Origin: Candidatus Saccharimonadota bacterium
GTDB lineage: Archaea > Micrarchaeota > Micrarchaeia > Micrarchaeales > Micrarchaeaceae
Direction of reading: 5' to 3'
DNA: 32,000 nt
Assembly: GCA_021654395.1 (NCBI GenBank)
Contig: AP024486.1
Span: 210,001-242,000, forward strand
Below, piece by piece: positions 18,776 through 27,330 of this stretch. The position numbers and the translations under genes are program-made. The notes beneath the pieces are model-generated. The model saw only the letters and a list, made by a program, of their open reading frames with translations, was not told the origin of the DNA and did no database searches. Numbering within the stretch: the stretch's first letter is position 1; every line of letters begins with the position of its first letter.

Positions 18776-20140
18776 ATGGAAAGTTTAAAAGACTTCTTAG
18801 TATATGGCAGAGATATAGAGAGCTTCAGCGATCTACTTAAGATTGCTAAGGTCTACAGATCTATGAAGCTTAATAGAGAGCTGCTATTTAGAGAGTTAGC
18901 ATTAGTAGTCTTAGAGAAGATAAAGCCTTTACTAAAAAGGAGAGCTTACTGTATATTTACAAGATCTGGCTTCTCTGGTCTATTAGCTATACATATGGCT
19001 TCAATCTTGAATGCAGAGGGTTATAATATAGAGCTTGTCTATAATGAGCTTTACAGCAATAAGCTATTCTATAATGCACTTAAAAGATTCTCTTTTACAT
19101 TTAGCATATATAGATCTAGTAAGAGCTACAAGCAGCTTAAGCAAGATAGTATAGCAGTCCTTGGTAGATCCATAATCATAAAAGAGGATTATAAAGAGCT
19201 AAGAGTAAATTTAGATAATATAATAAAGGAAAGTAATATCTCTAAGAGATTATATACTAGAGCTATGCTATTTACATCTAAGATTGATGTTAAAGATGTT
19301 GTAAGGCCCTTAGAAGCAGATGCAAATAAGTATAGCCACGGTAAGATCTGCGTTATTGCTTTATCTGATAATATGGAGGGCGCATCTAAGCTATCTGCAT
19401 ATGCATCTGAATATGCACTCTCTGCATTAAGATCAGGATCTGGCTATGTAACAATAGCTTCTAATTATAAGATCCAATCCCTTAATCCAACAGTAATAAA
19501 CTATATAATCAAAGAGCCAGAGGCTATTGAGGATATAATAGAATCGAAGAAGGCAGATATATTTATAATAGGTAATGGAACAAGCTATCCTAATGAAGCA
19601 ATCGATTCGATATTAGATATACTGTATAAGAGGAATGATCTATATATAATACTTGATGCTGCTGCTATAGGCTATATAAGAAAGACCAAGCATAACAATG
19701 TTATAGTTACACCACATCTGGGAGAGCTTAAGAGATATTTAAATATAGATCTAGAGGAGAGCTCTTTGTATGATAAGGCTAAGACAGCTATAGAGCTATC
19801 TAAGAGATACGGATCGATATTTGTAATAAAGGGCAGATATACAGTAATATCTGATGGGAGATCTCTTAGATTATCAGAGGCAGAGACACCTGCGCTTGCT
19901 ACTATGGGAACAGGAGATGTGCTTAATGGAATAATAGCAAGCTTCTTAGCGAGAGATAGAAAGGATCCTTTTAAAGCGACTGTGGCTGCTGTAGAGCTAC
20001 ATAAAGAGATAGGAGATATGCTATTTAAATATAAGGGCACTAACATTATAGCTACAGATATAATAGATTATCTACCAACTATACTAAAGAGATACATTAA
20101 AGCTGATAGGAATGGAGCTGGCTTATATAGAAGCCTATAA
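18776..20140 (+). CDS. nnr: NAD(P)H-hydrate repair enzyme Nnr (YjeF family); clear C-terminal dehydratase domain, divergent N-terminal domain
   Basis: C-terminal domain: KYSHGKICVIA, TPHLGELKR, VIKGRYTVISDG, ATMGTGDVLNGIIASFLA. The N-terminal ~175 aa lacks the expected GNNGGDG-type glycine loop. Confidence 0.75.
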   Translation: MESLKDFLVYGRDIESFSDLLKIAKVYRSMKLNRELLFRELALVVLEKIKPLLKRRAYCIFTRSGFSGLLAIHMASILNAEGYNIELVYNELYSNKLFYNALKRFSFTFSIYRSSKSYKQLKQDSIAVLGRSIIIKEDYKELRVNLDNIIKESNISKRLYTRAMLFTSKIDVKDVVRPLEADANKYSHGKICVIALSDNMEGASKLSAYASEYALSALRSGSGYVTIASNYKIQSLNPTVINYIIKEPEAIEDIIESKKADIFIIGNGTSYPNEAIDSILDILYKRNDLYIILDAAAIGYIRKTKHNNVIVTPHLGELKRYLNIDLEESSLYDKAKTAIELSKRYGSIFVIKGRYTVISDGRSLRLSEAETPALATMGTGDVLNGIIASFLARDRKDPFKATVAAVELHKEIGDMLFKYKGTNIIATDIIDYLPTILKRYIKADRNGAGLYRSL

Positions 20141-21908
20141 TAGACTCTCAAGAGCAGTCTCAGAGTCTTTAGGTAAAGAGAGAGTAGATGAGATAGATAG
20201 CTATATAGATATAGAGAGCAGATATGCTGATATTGCTACTAATGCACCAATAAGATTGAGCAAGGCTTATAATCTAGATTATAAGATAGTTAGCTCATCT
20301 ATAATAGAGAATCTTAGGAGCTACGGCTTAGAAGCCGAATTTAAGAACGGCTTTGTAAATGTAGTAATTAATGCTGATAAGATCGTTGAATCCTTATATA
20401 AGATATTAAAGGATCCTAAAAGCCTTCTTTTAGATATATTTAATAACAAGAGGATAGTAGTCGAGTTTCCTAGCGCAAATCCAGTACATCCTCTGCATCT
20501 GGGCCATCTAAGAAACTTTATACTCGGGGATTTTATATATAGACTATATAAGTATCTTGGGGCGGATCCTGTTAGACTTGATTATATAGACGATCTTGGA
20601 TTACAGGCTGCTCAAGCATTATACGGTTATATAAATCTAAAGCTTGATGATAAAGCTAAGTTTGATCATGCTTTAGGCAAGCTGTATGTAGAGGTTAATA
20701 GATCAGAGGAGCTTAAGAAGGCATCTGAGGAGCTCTTAGTTAAGATAGAAAGGGCAGATCCTTCCATAAAGCCGAAGCTTGATGAGATGGTTAATAGATG
20801 CGTTGAGGCACATTATCAGACAGAGGAGCTTTATGGAGTATATCATGATCTCAAAGTCAAGGAGAGCGATATAGTTGAGGCAGATCTTCTTGATAAGGCT
20901 TTAGATCTACTTAAGAGCAGAGGTATAGCAGATCTAGAGAAAGAAGGCAGATATGCTAACTGCTTAGTTGTTGATTTAGCAGAGATATCAGAGGAGTTCA
21001 AAGGAATGAAAGAGAATAAGAAGGTTCTAGTTAGAAGCAATGGTACTGCTACTTATGTTGCTAAGGACATAGCATTCCATATGTGGAAGCTAGGTCTATT
21101 TAAAGATCCATTTAGATATAAGATTGTTAAGAGGCAGCCAGATAATACAGACCTATATGAAGTTAGTGGTAATGGTATTGAAAGAGATTTCATATCAGAT
21201 ACTGCTATAAATATAATAGACTATAGGCAGAGCTATCCACAGATGGTATTAAAGGCTATAATAGAGAGATTTGATAGCACTAAGCGCATAAGACATATAG
21301 CTTATGGTATAGTAAACCTTGAAGAGACTAAGCTCTCTGGAAGGAAGGGCACTTGGATAGGTAATACTGCAGATGACCTATTCTATATAATGAAGGAGAA
21401 GATAGATCAAAGCTTTAAGATTAATGATGATCACAAGCTTAACAGGCTAGCTAACGCTGCAATAAGATTTGAGTTTCTAAGATTTACAAATGATAAAGAT
21501 ATAAGCTTCTCTTGGAGCAGAGCATTAGATATTAATAACGCATCTGGGCCTTATGCACTCTATACATATGCTAGAGCCAATAAGCTTGTAGTAGATTCTG
21601 GAATTGATACTAGTAAGATAGAGATCTCTAAGGAGCTACTAGATAGCAATGAGCTAAGGATCGCTAAGCTTATAGTTAAATCTCAGCTATATCTTATAAA
21701 GGCAGAGCGCTCCCTTGATCCATCTATACTAGTTAACCATATATCTAAGCTTCTAGTAGAGTTTAATAGCTTTTATGAGAGATATCCGATCTTAAAGGAG
21801 GATAATGAGCAGAAAAGACTGAATAGACTCGCATTAACAAAGAGCTTTGCAGAGACTTTGAGAATACTGCTCAATATACTTGGAATAGAGGTATTAGATA
21901 TCATATAA
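20112..21908 (+). CDS. argS: Arginyl-tRNA synthetase
   Basis: 598 aa. Class I signature PSANPVHPLHLGHLRNFILGD, KLSGRKGTW (MSTRKG-like), and a C-terminal DALR-type anticodon-binding helical region. Overlaps nnr by 29 nt. Confidence 0.9.
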   Translation: MELAYIEAYNRLSRAVSESLGKERVDEIDSYIDIESRYADIATNAPIRLSKAYNLDYKIVSSSIIENLRSYGLEAEFKNGFVNVVINADKIVESLYKILKDPKSLLLDIFNNKRIVVEFPSANPVHPLHLGHLRNFILGDFIYRLYKYLGADPVRLDYIDDLGLQAAQALYGYINLKLDDKAKFDHALGKLYVEVNRSEELKKASEELLVKIERADPSIKPKLDEMVNRCVEAHYQTEELYGVYHDLKVKESDIVEADLLDKALDLLKSRGIADLEKEGRYANCLVVDLAEISEEFKGMKENKKVLVRSNGTATYVAKDIAFHMWKLGLFKDPFRYKIVKRQPDNTDLYEVSGNGIERDFISDTAINIIDYRQSYPQMVLKAIIERFDSTKRIRHIAYGIVNLEETKLSGRKGTWIGNTADDLFYIMKEKIDQSFKINDDHKLNRLANAAIRFEFLRFTNDKDISFSWSRALDINNASGPYALYTYARANKLVVDSGIDTSKIEISKELLDSNELRIAKLIVKSQLYLIKAERSLDPSILVNHISKLLVEFNSFYERYPILKEDNEQKRLNRLALTKSFAETLRILLNILGIEVLDII

Positions 21909-21910
21909 TG

Positions 21911-22300
21911 CTATCTTGCCTCTAGATGCTGATCTGCACTGCTTATTGCTATGCCTCTCTCAACTCTTGCATCTATTACGCCATCCTCATCATAAAATAG
22001 AGCAGTTGCATTTAGTATTGGCATACTCCCTTCAGTGATATTATAGTCTTTCTTTAGAAAGATCTTAAGCTGCTTCTCCTTTGTAGTATTCGGCTTTAGT
22101 ATACCAAGTCTTACCTCTACCTTTGATACATCATCTGAAGGCAATAGAGTTACTCCACCAAAGGTCTTTACAGCGACTTGACACCAGTATAGCTTCTCTG
22201 TATTGTTTCTTGCCTGAAGCACTATAGTTATCTCTCTATTGTTATTTAGACTTTCATCATTAAGTATATTTATATTCAATTCCACAGCTTCTTCAGACAT
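21911..22300 (-). CDS. Hypothetical protein (129 aa, predicted beta-rich)
   Basis: Clean ORF with an ATG start and a TATA-like attataaaag upstream. No motif recognised. Confidence 0.4.
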   Translation of the reverse strand: MSEEAVELNINILNDESLNNNREITIVLQARNNTEKLYWCQVAVKTFGGVTLLPSDDVSKVEVRLGILKPNTTKEKQLKIFLKKDYNITEGSMPILNATALFYDEDGVIDARVERGIAISSADQHLEAR

Positions 22301-22375
22301 ATAGGCCGCCTTATTAAATTAGGAATATAAACTTTTATAATACCTGCTTATGAAAATAAAATCAAAATATTATTA

Positions 22376-23131
22376 TTAATACTCTTCGCCGTAATTTGCC
22401 AGATAGTACGATATCTGCGCCTCTCCTATGTTATAATCTATTCTTATTGGAGAGTCCTTACTTAAAGATAGCTTTAAGATTGAGTCCTTTGGTGCTGATG
22501 AAACCATACTAGATAGCATCTCTAACTTAAATGTAGATCTTGCTCTCTCCTTTACATTTAGGCTCTTTATGTACTCTGTATCTGCCGTATGAACCTCTTC
22601 TAGATCTCCAGAATCTCCCTTAGATAGTAAGCTTAATGACTCCTTATTTATATCTAATGTAATTATCTCAGATATCGTCTCAGCATCCTTTAACATCTCT
22701 CTAAAGGCATAAGGATCTATCTCTATAACTGCTGTAAACTCGAAGCTAGGCTCTTTATTTGCATCCGTTGCTGCCTCTATTAATGGTAATGCATACTTCC
22801 TCCTGCTTTTATTATTTATAAACTCTAAGGCAAGCTTGTTCTCCTCATTCTTAATTATAAGCTGCTCCTCCTTTCTCGCTCTTTTTAGTATCTTTGACAG
22901 ATTATCTAGATTTAGACCTATCTTTGCATTTAAATGCTCATCTGCTACATTGTATGTTATAAAGCTGCTCTTCGGCATAAAGAATGATACCATGCTTGTT
23001 GCTGATCTATCCATAGCCCTTAATGATACGCCATCTTTTCCAAATATAAATGAGCCCTCATCTACTATATTCACTATAGATTGAACGCATGCACTCCAGT
23101 ATTCTGCTGAACTTAACTTGACTTCCAACAT
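22376..23131 (-). CDS. pcn: DNA polymerase sliding clamp (PCNA)
   Basis: MLEVKLSSAEYWSACVQSIVNIVDEGSFIFGKDGVSLRAMDRSATSMVSFFMP matches the PCNA N-terminal domain pattern. About 250 aa with a two-domain length. The ATG at 23131 is preferred over the TTG at 23140. Confidence 0.85.
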   Translation of the reverse strand: MLEVKLSSAEYWSACVQSIVNIVDEGSFIFGKDGVSLRAMDRSATSMVSFFMPKSSFITYNVADEHLNAKIGLNLDNLSKILKRARKEEQLIIKNEENKLALEFINNKSRRKYALPLIEAATDANKEPSFEFTAVIEIDPYAFREMLKDAETISEIITLDINKESLSLLSKGDSGDLEEVHTADTEYIKSLNVKERARSTFKLEMLSSMVSSAPKDSILKLSLSKDSPIRIDYNIGEAQISYYLANYGEEY

Positions 23132-23205
23132 AGCTATCAATATTTATTGATTTAAACAAAGTTAATAAAGTTAACACTTTTTATATATCTATGCTTATGC
23201 TAAAG

Positions 23206-23280
23206 TAGCGAAGGGTGGATTTGAACCACCGATCTCCGGGTTATGAGCCCGGCGGGCACTCCAGGCTACCCTACTTCGCT
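23206..23280 (-). tRNA. Initiator tRNA-Met (CAU)
   Basis: Minus strand: AGCGAAG-TA-GGGT-AGCCTGGAGT-GCCC-G-CCGGG-CTCATAA-CCCGG-AGATC-GGTGG-TTCAAAT-CCACC-CTTCGCT-A. It has an A1:U72 pair and three G:C pairs at the base of the anticodon stem, both hallmarks of the archaeal initiator. No encoded CCA. Confidence 0.9.
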
Positions 23281-23296
23281 ATGTTATATCTATTAA

Positions 23297-23319
23297 TAAG
23301 CTTTAAGATTTAAAGCTTA
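23297..23319. promoter_or_regulatory. Perfect 10-bp-arm palindrome enclosing the TATA box of the initiator tRNA
   Basis: TAAGCTTTAA-gat-TTAAAGCTTA. On the minus strand the TTTAAAT core is centred about 31 nt upstream of tRNA position 1 (23280). It also lies about 20 nt downstream of the TFE stop codon. Confidence 0.45.
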
Positions 23320-23340
23320 ATTAAGTACCTATTAAAACTA

Positions 23341-24012
23341 TTAATCTTCTATTCTAGTCAATAGGGAGCCGCAGATCTCGCACCTAAAGTGCTGATCATA
23401 GGCCTTATCAAAGCTTATCTTTAGCTTATTACCATACTCTAGATTGCACTTTTCACAAGTATAAAAGTCGTTACATGAGGAATCAGAGCTCTGCTCCTTC
23501 TTACTAGATTGCTGCTCTTCAAGCTCCTTGAGAAAACGTTCAAGCTTGCTTATATTTATATACCAGTAGAAGAACTCCCAGTTGCGCTGTGAGTTCTTTT
23601 TATAGTTTACAAATCCCAACTCTTGTATCTTATTCAATGATGATCTTATTACATTTATTCTTATCTGCTTCTTAGGCTCTCTCTTACTATTTATCTTCTT
23701 AAGTATATATTCATCTAGCACAGGCTCTGATAGATGCTCTATTATCTCTGGGGCAACCTCATTTATATTTGATTTCAAGAAGTTTACAAATCTCTCATTC
23801 TGTAATGCCTTCTTTATAACTTTCTCTGCTGCGCTCTTACTAAATCCTTTAGGCAACTCCTCTCTTTTCCTTAGATGTGTCTTATTGCTTGTTATTCTTT
23901 TTTTATTGTTCTGATATGTTATGTAAACTGTACTACCGCTATACCCCTCCTTTTTACTATTTTGATAAGCTACAGAAACAAGATTATCATCACTATACTC
24001 CACAATACACAC
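23341..24012 (-). CDS. tfe: Transcription factor E (TFE alpha, TFIIE-alpha homologue); start codon uncertain
   Basis: Winged-helix part IRINVIRSSLNKIQELGFVNYKK...NWEFFYWYIN, then zinc ribbon YTCEKCNLEY...FRCEICGSLL. The ORF has no ATG: there is a GTG at 24012, and a TTG at 23856 would give a typical ~170-aa TFE. Confidence 0.65.
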   Translation of the reverse strand: MCIVEYSDDNLVSVAYQNSKKEGYSGSTVYITYQNNKKRITSNKTHLRKREELPKGFSKSAAEKVIKKALQNERFVNFLKSNINEVAPEIIEHLSEPVLDEYILKKINSKREPKKQIRINVIRSSLNKIQELGFVNYKKNSQRNWEFFYWYINISKLERFLKELEEQQSSKKEQSSDSSCNDFYTCEKCNLEYGNKLKISFDKAYDQHFRCEICGSLLTRIED

Positions 24013-24015
24013 TTA

Positions 24016-24043
24016 TAGCTATATTGCTTTAGCAATATAGCTA
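24016..24043. repeat. 28-bp perfect palindrome (13-bp arms, 2-nt centre) at the TFE 5' end
   Basis: TAGCTATATTGCT-tt-AGCAATATAGCTA, 4 nt upstream of the GTG at 24012 and just downstream of an attatattataaa TATA-like element on the minus strand. Confidence 0.7.
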
Positions 24044-24171
24044 CATTTATAATATAATGACGTTTGAGATTTATATATCTTTCTGTCTTTTAGCATCTTA
24101 TTGGCTTGTCAATTTAAACTACTTAAAAATAATTATAACTAAGCTCTTTTAAGCCTTTACTTTAAACTCGT

Positions 24172-24465
24172 TTATTGCTTATCTTCTCCATAATTCTCAA
24201 TTACAAACTGCATATATTCAGGATGCTTCTTGAGGAAGGTATATCTTATGTATGGGCAGTCAGGTACTATCTTGAGACCTTTTTCAATTGCATACTTAAA
24301 AGCTTCTATGCAGAGCTCTTCTGCTATCCCTTTACTTCTATCTTCAACAGGGACATAAACTCTATAAAAGCTTATGGTGTTGCTATCTAGCATGTTGTAG
24401 TCTACTTCTGCTATACCATGCTCTGTTTTAGTTGTTATTCTGTCTTTTTCAACAAAGATCTCCAT
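24172..24465 (-). CDS. Small GNAT-fold acetyltransferase (YjdJ-like)
   Basis: About 97 aa. FYRVYVPVEDRSKGIAEELCIEAFKYAIEKGLKIVPDCPYIRYTFLKKHPEY matches the short GNAT family pattern (RGxGIA...P.CP[FY]). The ATG at 24465 is preferred over the GTG at 24474. Confidence 0.65.
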   Translation of the reverse strand: MEIFVEKDRITTKTEHGIAEVDYNMLDSNTISFYRVYVPVEDRSKGIAEELCIEAFKYAIEKGLKIVPDCPYIRYTFLKKHPEYMQFVIENYGEDKQ

Positions 24466-24650
24466 AGACCCCACAGTTCCGCTATTATGGCTCTTTTACT
24501 ATATTGTATTATAAAAGATAAAATACTATTTATTCTAATAATTTGTTTTATAAATATTCTTATATAAATAATAAATAAAATATCTAAAGCTTTTATTTAT
24601 AGAATCTTTATTATTAATAAATAAATTAAAAGAGGATTAATAGTGGAAGT

Positions 24651-25160
24651 ATGGGGTCTGAGATAGATAGCTTGTATGGAAGCTTATGGGAAGCATATGA
24701 GAAAGAGACAAAGCTTAAGGAGCTATTAGATATAGATCCTCTTATATACTCTAAGGTAAAAGAGATTATATTAAAGCTTGATAAATCAGATAAAGAGAAG
24801 ATACTAAGTATAATAAAAGATATAGAGAAGATAAGAAAAGAGAAGCTAGCTAGATATGCCATATACGGTAAGAATATAAGTAAACCTCTTCCTAAAGAAG
24901 AAGAGAAAGTGTTTGAAGAGCTTATTAAGATACTATCAAGAAGCTACTTTGACGAGCAAGAGAGCGCAGAAAAGAGAGAAGCAGAAACAAAAACGCAACT
25001 TACAAAGACAAAGTTAAGGGCAAAAGAGGATCTAGATGCAGAGATTCTACTTCCTTCTGGAGCAACTGCAGGACCATTCAAGGCAAACTCTATAATAGAG
25101 CTAGATAACAAGGACGATGCAGATTACCTTGTAAGATCGGGATTATGTGAGTATCTATAA
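24651..25160 (+). CDS. GINS subunit, Gins51 (Gins15)-like
   Basis: N-terminal A-domain pattern LYGSLWEAYEKETKLKELLDIDPLIYSKVKEII. C-terminal B-domain pattern LLPSGATAGPFKANSIIELDNKDDADYLVRSGLCEYL. gagga lies upstream of the ATG. Confidence 0.55.
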   Translation: MGSEIDSLYGSLWEAYEKETKLKELLDIDPLIYSKVKEIILKLDKSDKEKILSIIKDIEKIRKEKLARYAIYGKNISKPLPKEEEKVFEELIKILSRSYFDEQESAEKREAETKTQLTKTKLRAKEDLDAEILLPSGATAGPFKANSIIELDNKDDADYLVRSGLCEYL

Positions 25161-25258
25161 AAGATATCTAAAAGATATCAATATAAGATATAGCTCTACT
25201 TATATTTTATAAATTAGTTGCATTTAATTAATTATGCATTAATTAGAATGTGATTAAG

Positions 25259-25546
25259 ATGGAGATGCCAAAAGAGATTAGTGCATACTGTCCTAAATGC
25301 GGCAAGCATACTATACATACAGTATCTTTATATAACAAGAAGCCAGAGAGCGGACTATCAAAAGGAACTAGAAAGCACAATAGAAAGCTAAAAGGATATG
25401 TTGGAAAGGTAAAGGGTGAAGCAACAAAGTATAAGGTAAGCAAGAAGCAGAAAGTATTACTTAAATGCAAGGAGTGTGGCTATATAGTAGAAAGAGTTGT
25501 AGGTAGCAGAACAAGGAAGAAGCTAACCATAAAGGCTGAGGCGTGA
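25259..25546 (+). CDS. rpl44e: Ribosomal protein L44e (eL42)
   Basis: MEMPKEISAYCPKCGKHTIHTVSLY...KCKECGYI, a basic zinc-ribbon protein. The ORF opens at a GTG at 25250; the ATG at 25259 matches the usual N-terminus. Confidence 0.9.
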   Translation: MEMPKEISAYCPKCGKHTIHTVSLYNKKPESGLSKGTRKHNRKLKGYVGKVKGEATKYKVSKKQKVLLKCKECGYIVERVVGSRTRKKLTIKAEA

Positions 25547-26358
25547 ATAGCTTGCCTAAGCAGAATATACCAAATGTTAACGACCTTGTTATAGCAGATA
25601 TATACGACATAAATGAAGATGGAGCTTACTGCAAGCTTATCGAATACAATAATCTTACTGCATTTCTACCTGTAAGAGAGGTAGCCTCTGGATGGATAAA
25701 GAATATAAGAGAGTTCATACATAAAGGTCAGAGAGTAGTGTGCAGAGTAATATACGCAGATAAAGAGAAAGGAATTGTGTCTTTATCTTTAAAGAAGGTT
25801 ACTCCTTCAGAGACAAAGGCAAAGTTAAACGAATATAATACAGAGAAGAGATTTGAGGGCCTATTTAAGCAGGCAGCTAAGCTTGCCAATATTCAAGAGC
25901 TTGATAAGCAGCTAGAGATTGCAAGAGAAGAGTTCGGAAGCATAACAGAGATGATCTACGCTATAGAGAACAATAGGAATGTGCTAAAGAGATCTAAGCT
26001 TGATAGCAAGCTTAAAGAGAGTCTAGTTGAGCTGATAAATAAGATAAAGAGAGATACAAAGAAGGTTATAAGGTATACATTAAATATATACTCTCTAGAC
26101 TTCCATGGAGGCTTCTCTAAGCTCAAGGATCTTCTTTCAAGCTTTGAAAGTAATGGTGTCAGCATAAGCTATGCTGGAGCATCTAAGTATCTTATTACTG
26201 CAGAAGGCAAGAGCTATGATGAAGCAGAAGATAAGATAAAAGCCATAGTGGATAGTATAGAGTCTAAGAAAGAGGAGTACAAGCTAGAGTACTCTATTAA
26301 GAAGGAGAAGGTTAAGGAATCAGACGATAATAATATATCTAAGCTTTTAACTAGGTGA
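25543..26358 (+). CDS. eif2A: Translation initiation factor aIF-2 alpha subunit
   Basis: S1 domain PNVNDLVIADIYDINEDGAYCKLIEYNNLTAFLPVREVASGWIKNIREFIHKGQRVVCRVI. The GTG start overlaps the L44e stop (GTGA). Confidence 0.85.
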   Translation: MNSLPKQNIPNVNDLVIADIYDINEDGAYCKLIEYNNLTAFLPVREVASGWIKNIREFIHKGQRVVCRVIYADKEKGIVSLSLKKVTPSETKAKLNEYNTEKRFEGLFKQAAKLANIQELDKQLEIAREEFGSITEMIYAIENNRNVLKRSKLDSKLKESLVELINKIKRDTKKVIRYTLNIYSLDFHGGFSKLKDLLSSFESNGVSISYAGASKYLITAEGKSYDEAEDKIKAIVDSIESKKEEYKLEYSIKKEKVKESDDNNISKLLTR

Positions 26359-27152
26359 TGCTAATGCACGAGTTTGATGTAACTGTAGTAAACAGCTATG
26401 ATGGAAAGGCAGACACTCTACTAGTTGGGCTTCCAGGAATAGGCAACGTTGGCCTACTATTTGCTAAGAATCTTCTAAGATCAACAGAGAGGAAGCTTTT
26501 ATATAGAATTCACTCTAAGTATATCTCTCAATATGCAATAATGCTTAGGAATGGTCTTCTAAGATTACCAAATAATAGAATATACTCTATAAAGCTTAAG
26601 AGTAAGGAGCTACTCGTATTAACAGGAGATCTACAGGTCTTAACAGGACAGGGTCAGTATGTATATAATAGAAAGCTATTCAACTTCATAACAGACGAGT
26701 TGGGAGTAGAAAACATAATAACCATCGGTGGATACGCTCACACAGATCTGCTAGCATATAATGAGAAGTCTAGAAGCCACTCTGTCTACGGAAATGCATC
26801 AAACAAGTATATGCTTAACACATTCAAGAAGTTAGGAGTAAAGTTTGGAGACGCGTTAACCAATATTACTGGATCAGTAGGTATGCTTGTGTCTCTTGCC
26901 AGGATAAATGATACTAATGGTATTGCATTATTAGGAGAGACTGGCCTAAATAATCCAGCAGATCCGATAGCAGCGATAGATGTCTCTAAGATAGTATCAA
27001 AGTACTTAAAGTATGATATAAAGATGGATTTCTTAGAGGATCTTCATAAGAAGATACTCTCTGTTATAAATAAGGCAAATACTAAGATCAACTCTACACC
27101 AACAGATTATATAGATCTAAGTCATTACTCAAAGCCAGATTATATAAGATAG
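26358..27152 (+). CDS. PAC2-family proteasome assembly chaperone-like protein (COG1938)
   Basis: LLVGLPGIGNVGLLFAKNLL N-terminal signature, and its usual position downstream of aIF-2 alpha. The ATG overlaps the upstream TGA (TGATG). Confidence 0.65.
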   Translation: MLMHEFDVTVVNSYDGKADTLLVGLPGIGNVGLLFAKNLLRSTERKLLYRIHSKYISQYAIMLRNGLLRLPNNRIYSIKLKSKELLVLTGDLQVLTGQGQYVYNRKLFNFITDELGVENIITIGGYAHTDLLAYNEKSRSHSVYGNASNKYMLNTFKKLGVKFGDALTNITGSVGMLVSLARINDTNGIALLGETGLNNPADPIAAIDVSKIVSKYLKYDIKMDFLEDLHKKILSVINKANTKINSTPTDYIDLSHYSKPDYIR

Positions 27153-27330
27153 CATCTCCTTTTATTTTCTTAAATTTTTTAACTTATTATAAATCTAACT
27201 TCTAGCTTCTAAAGTATAATAAGCTATCTAAATAAATATAAAGATTAATTCTAATACATTATAATAGATCAATCAATACCTCAATAGTTTATAGATTGAT
27301 TTAAAGATATAAATAGAGTGGTAGATTTAA

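Noticed and set aside
24058-24153. 31-aa hydrophobic plus-strand ORF (MTFEIYISFCLLASYWLVNLNYLKIIITKLF) in the TFE/GNAT spacer
   Set aside because: It has no promoter geometry or ribosome-binding signal. It lies in AT-rich intergenic DNA where such ORFs arise by chance.
24475-24650. Very AT-rich 175-bp spacer near the PCNA/GINS genes as a possible replication origin
   Set aside because: I could find no repeated ORB or mini-ORB-like elements and no adjacent orc1/cdc6 gene. It is adequately explained as a divergent promoter region for the GNAT and GINS-like genes.
25159-25192. Three spaced copies of AAGATAT(C/A) just after the GINS-like stop codon, and TGCATT(T)AATTA repeats at 25220-25247
   Set aside because: These are short AT-rich repeats in a promoter or terminator spacer. 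They are too short to assign function without comparative data.
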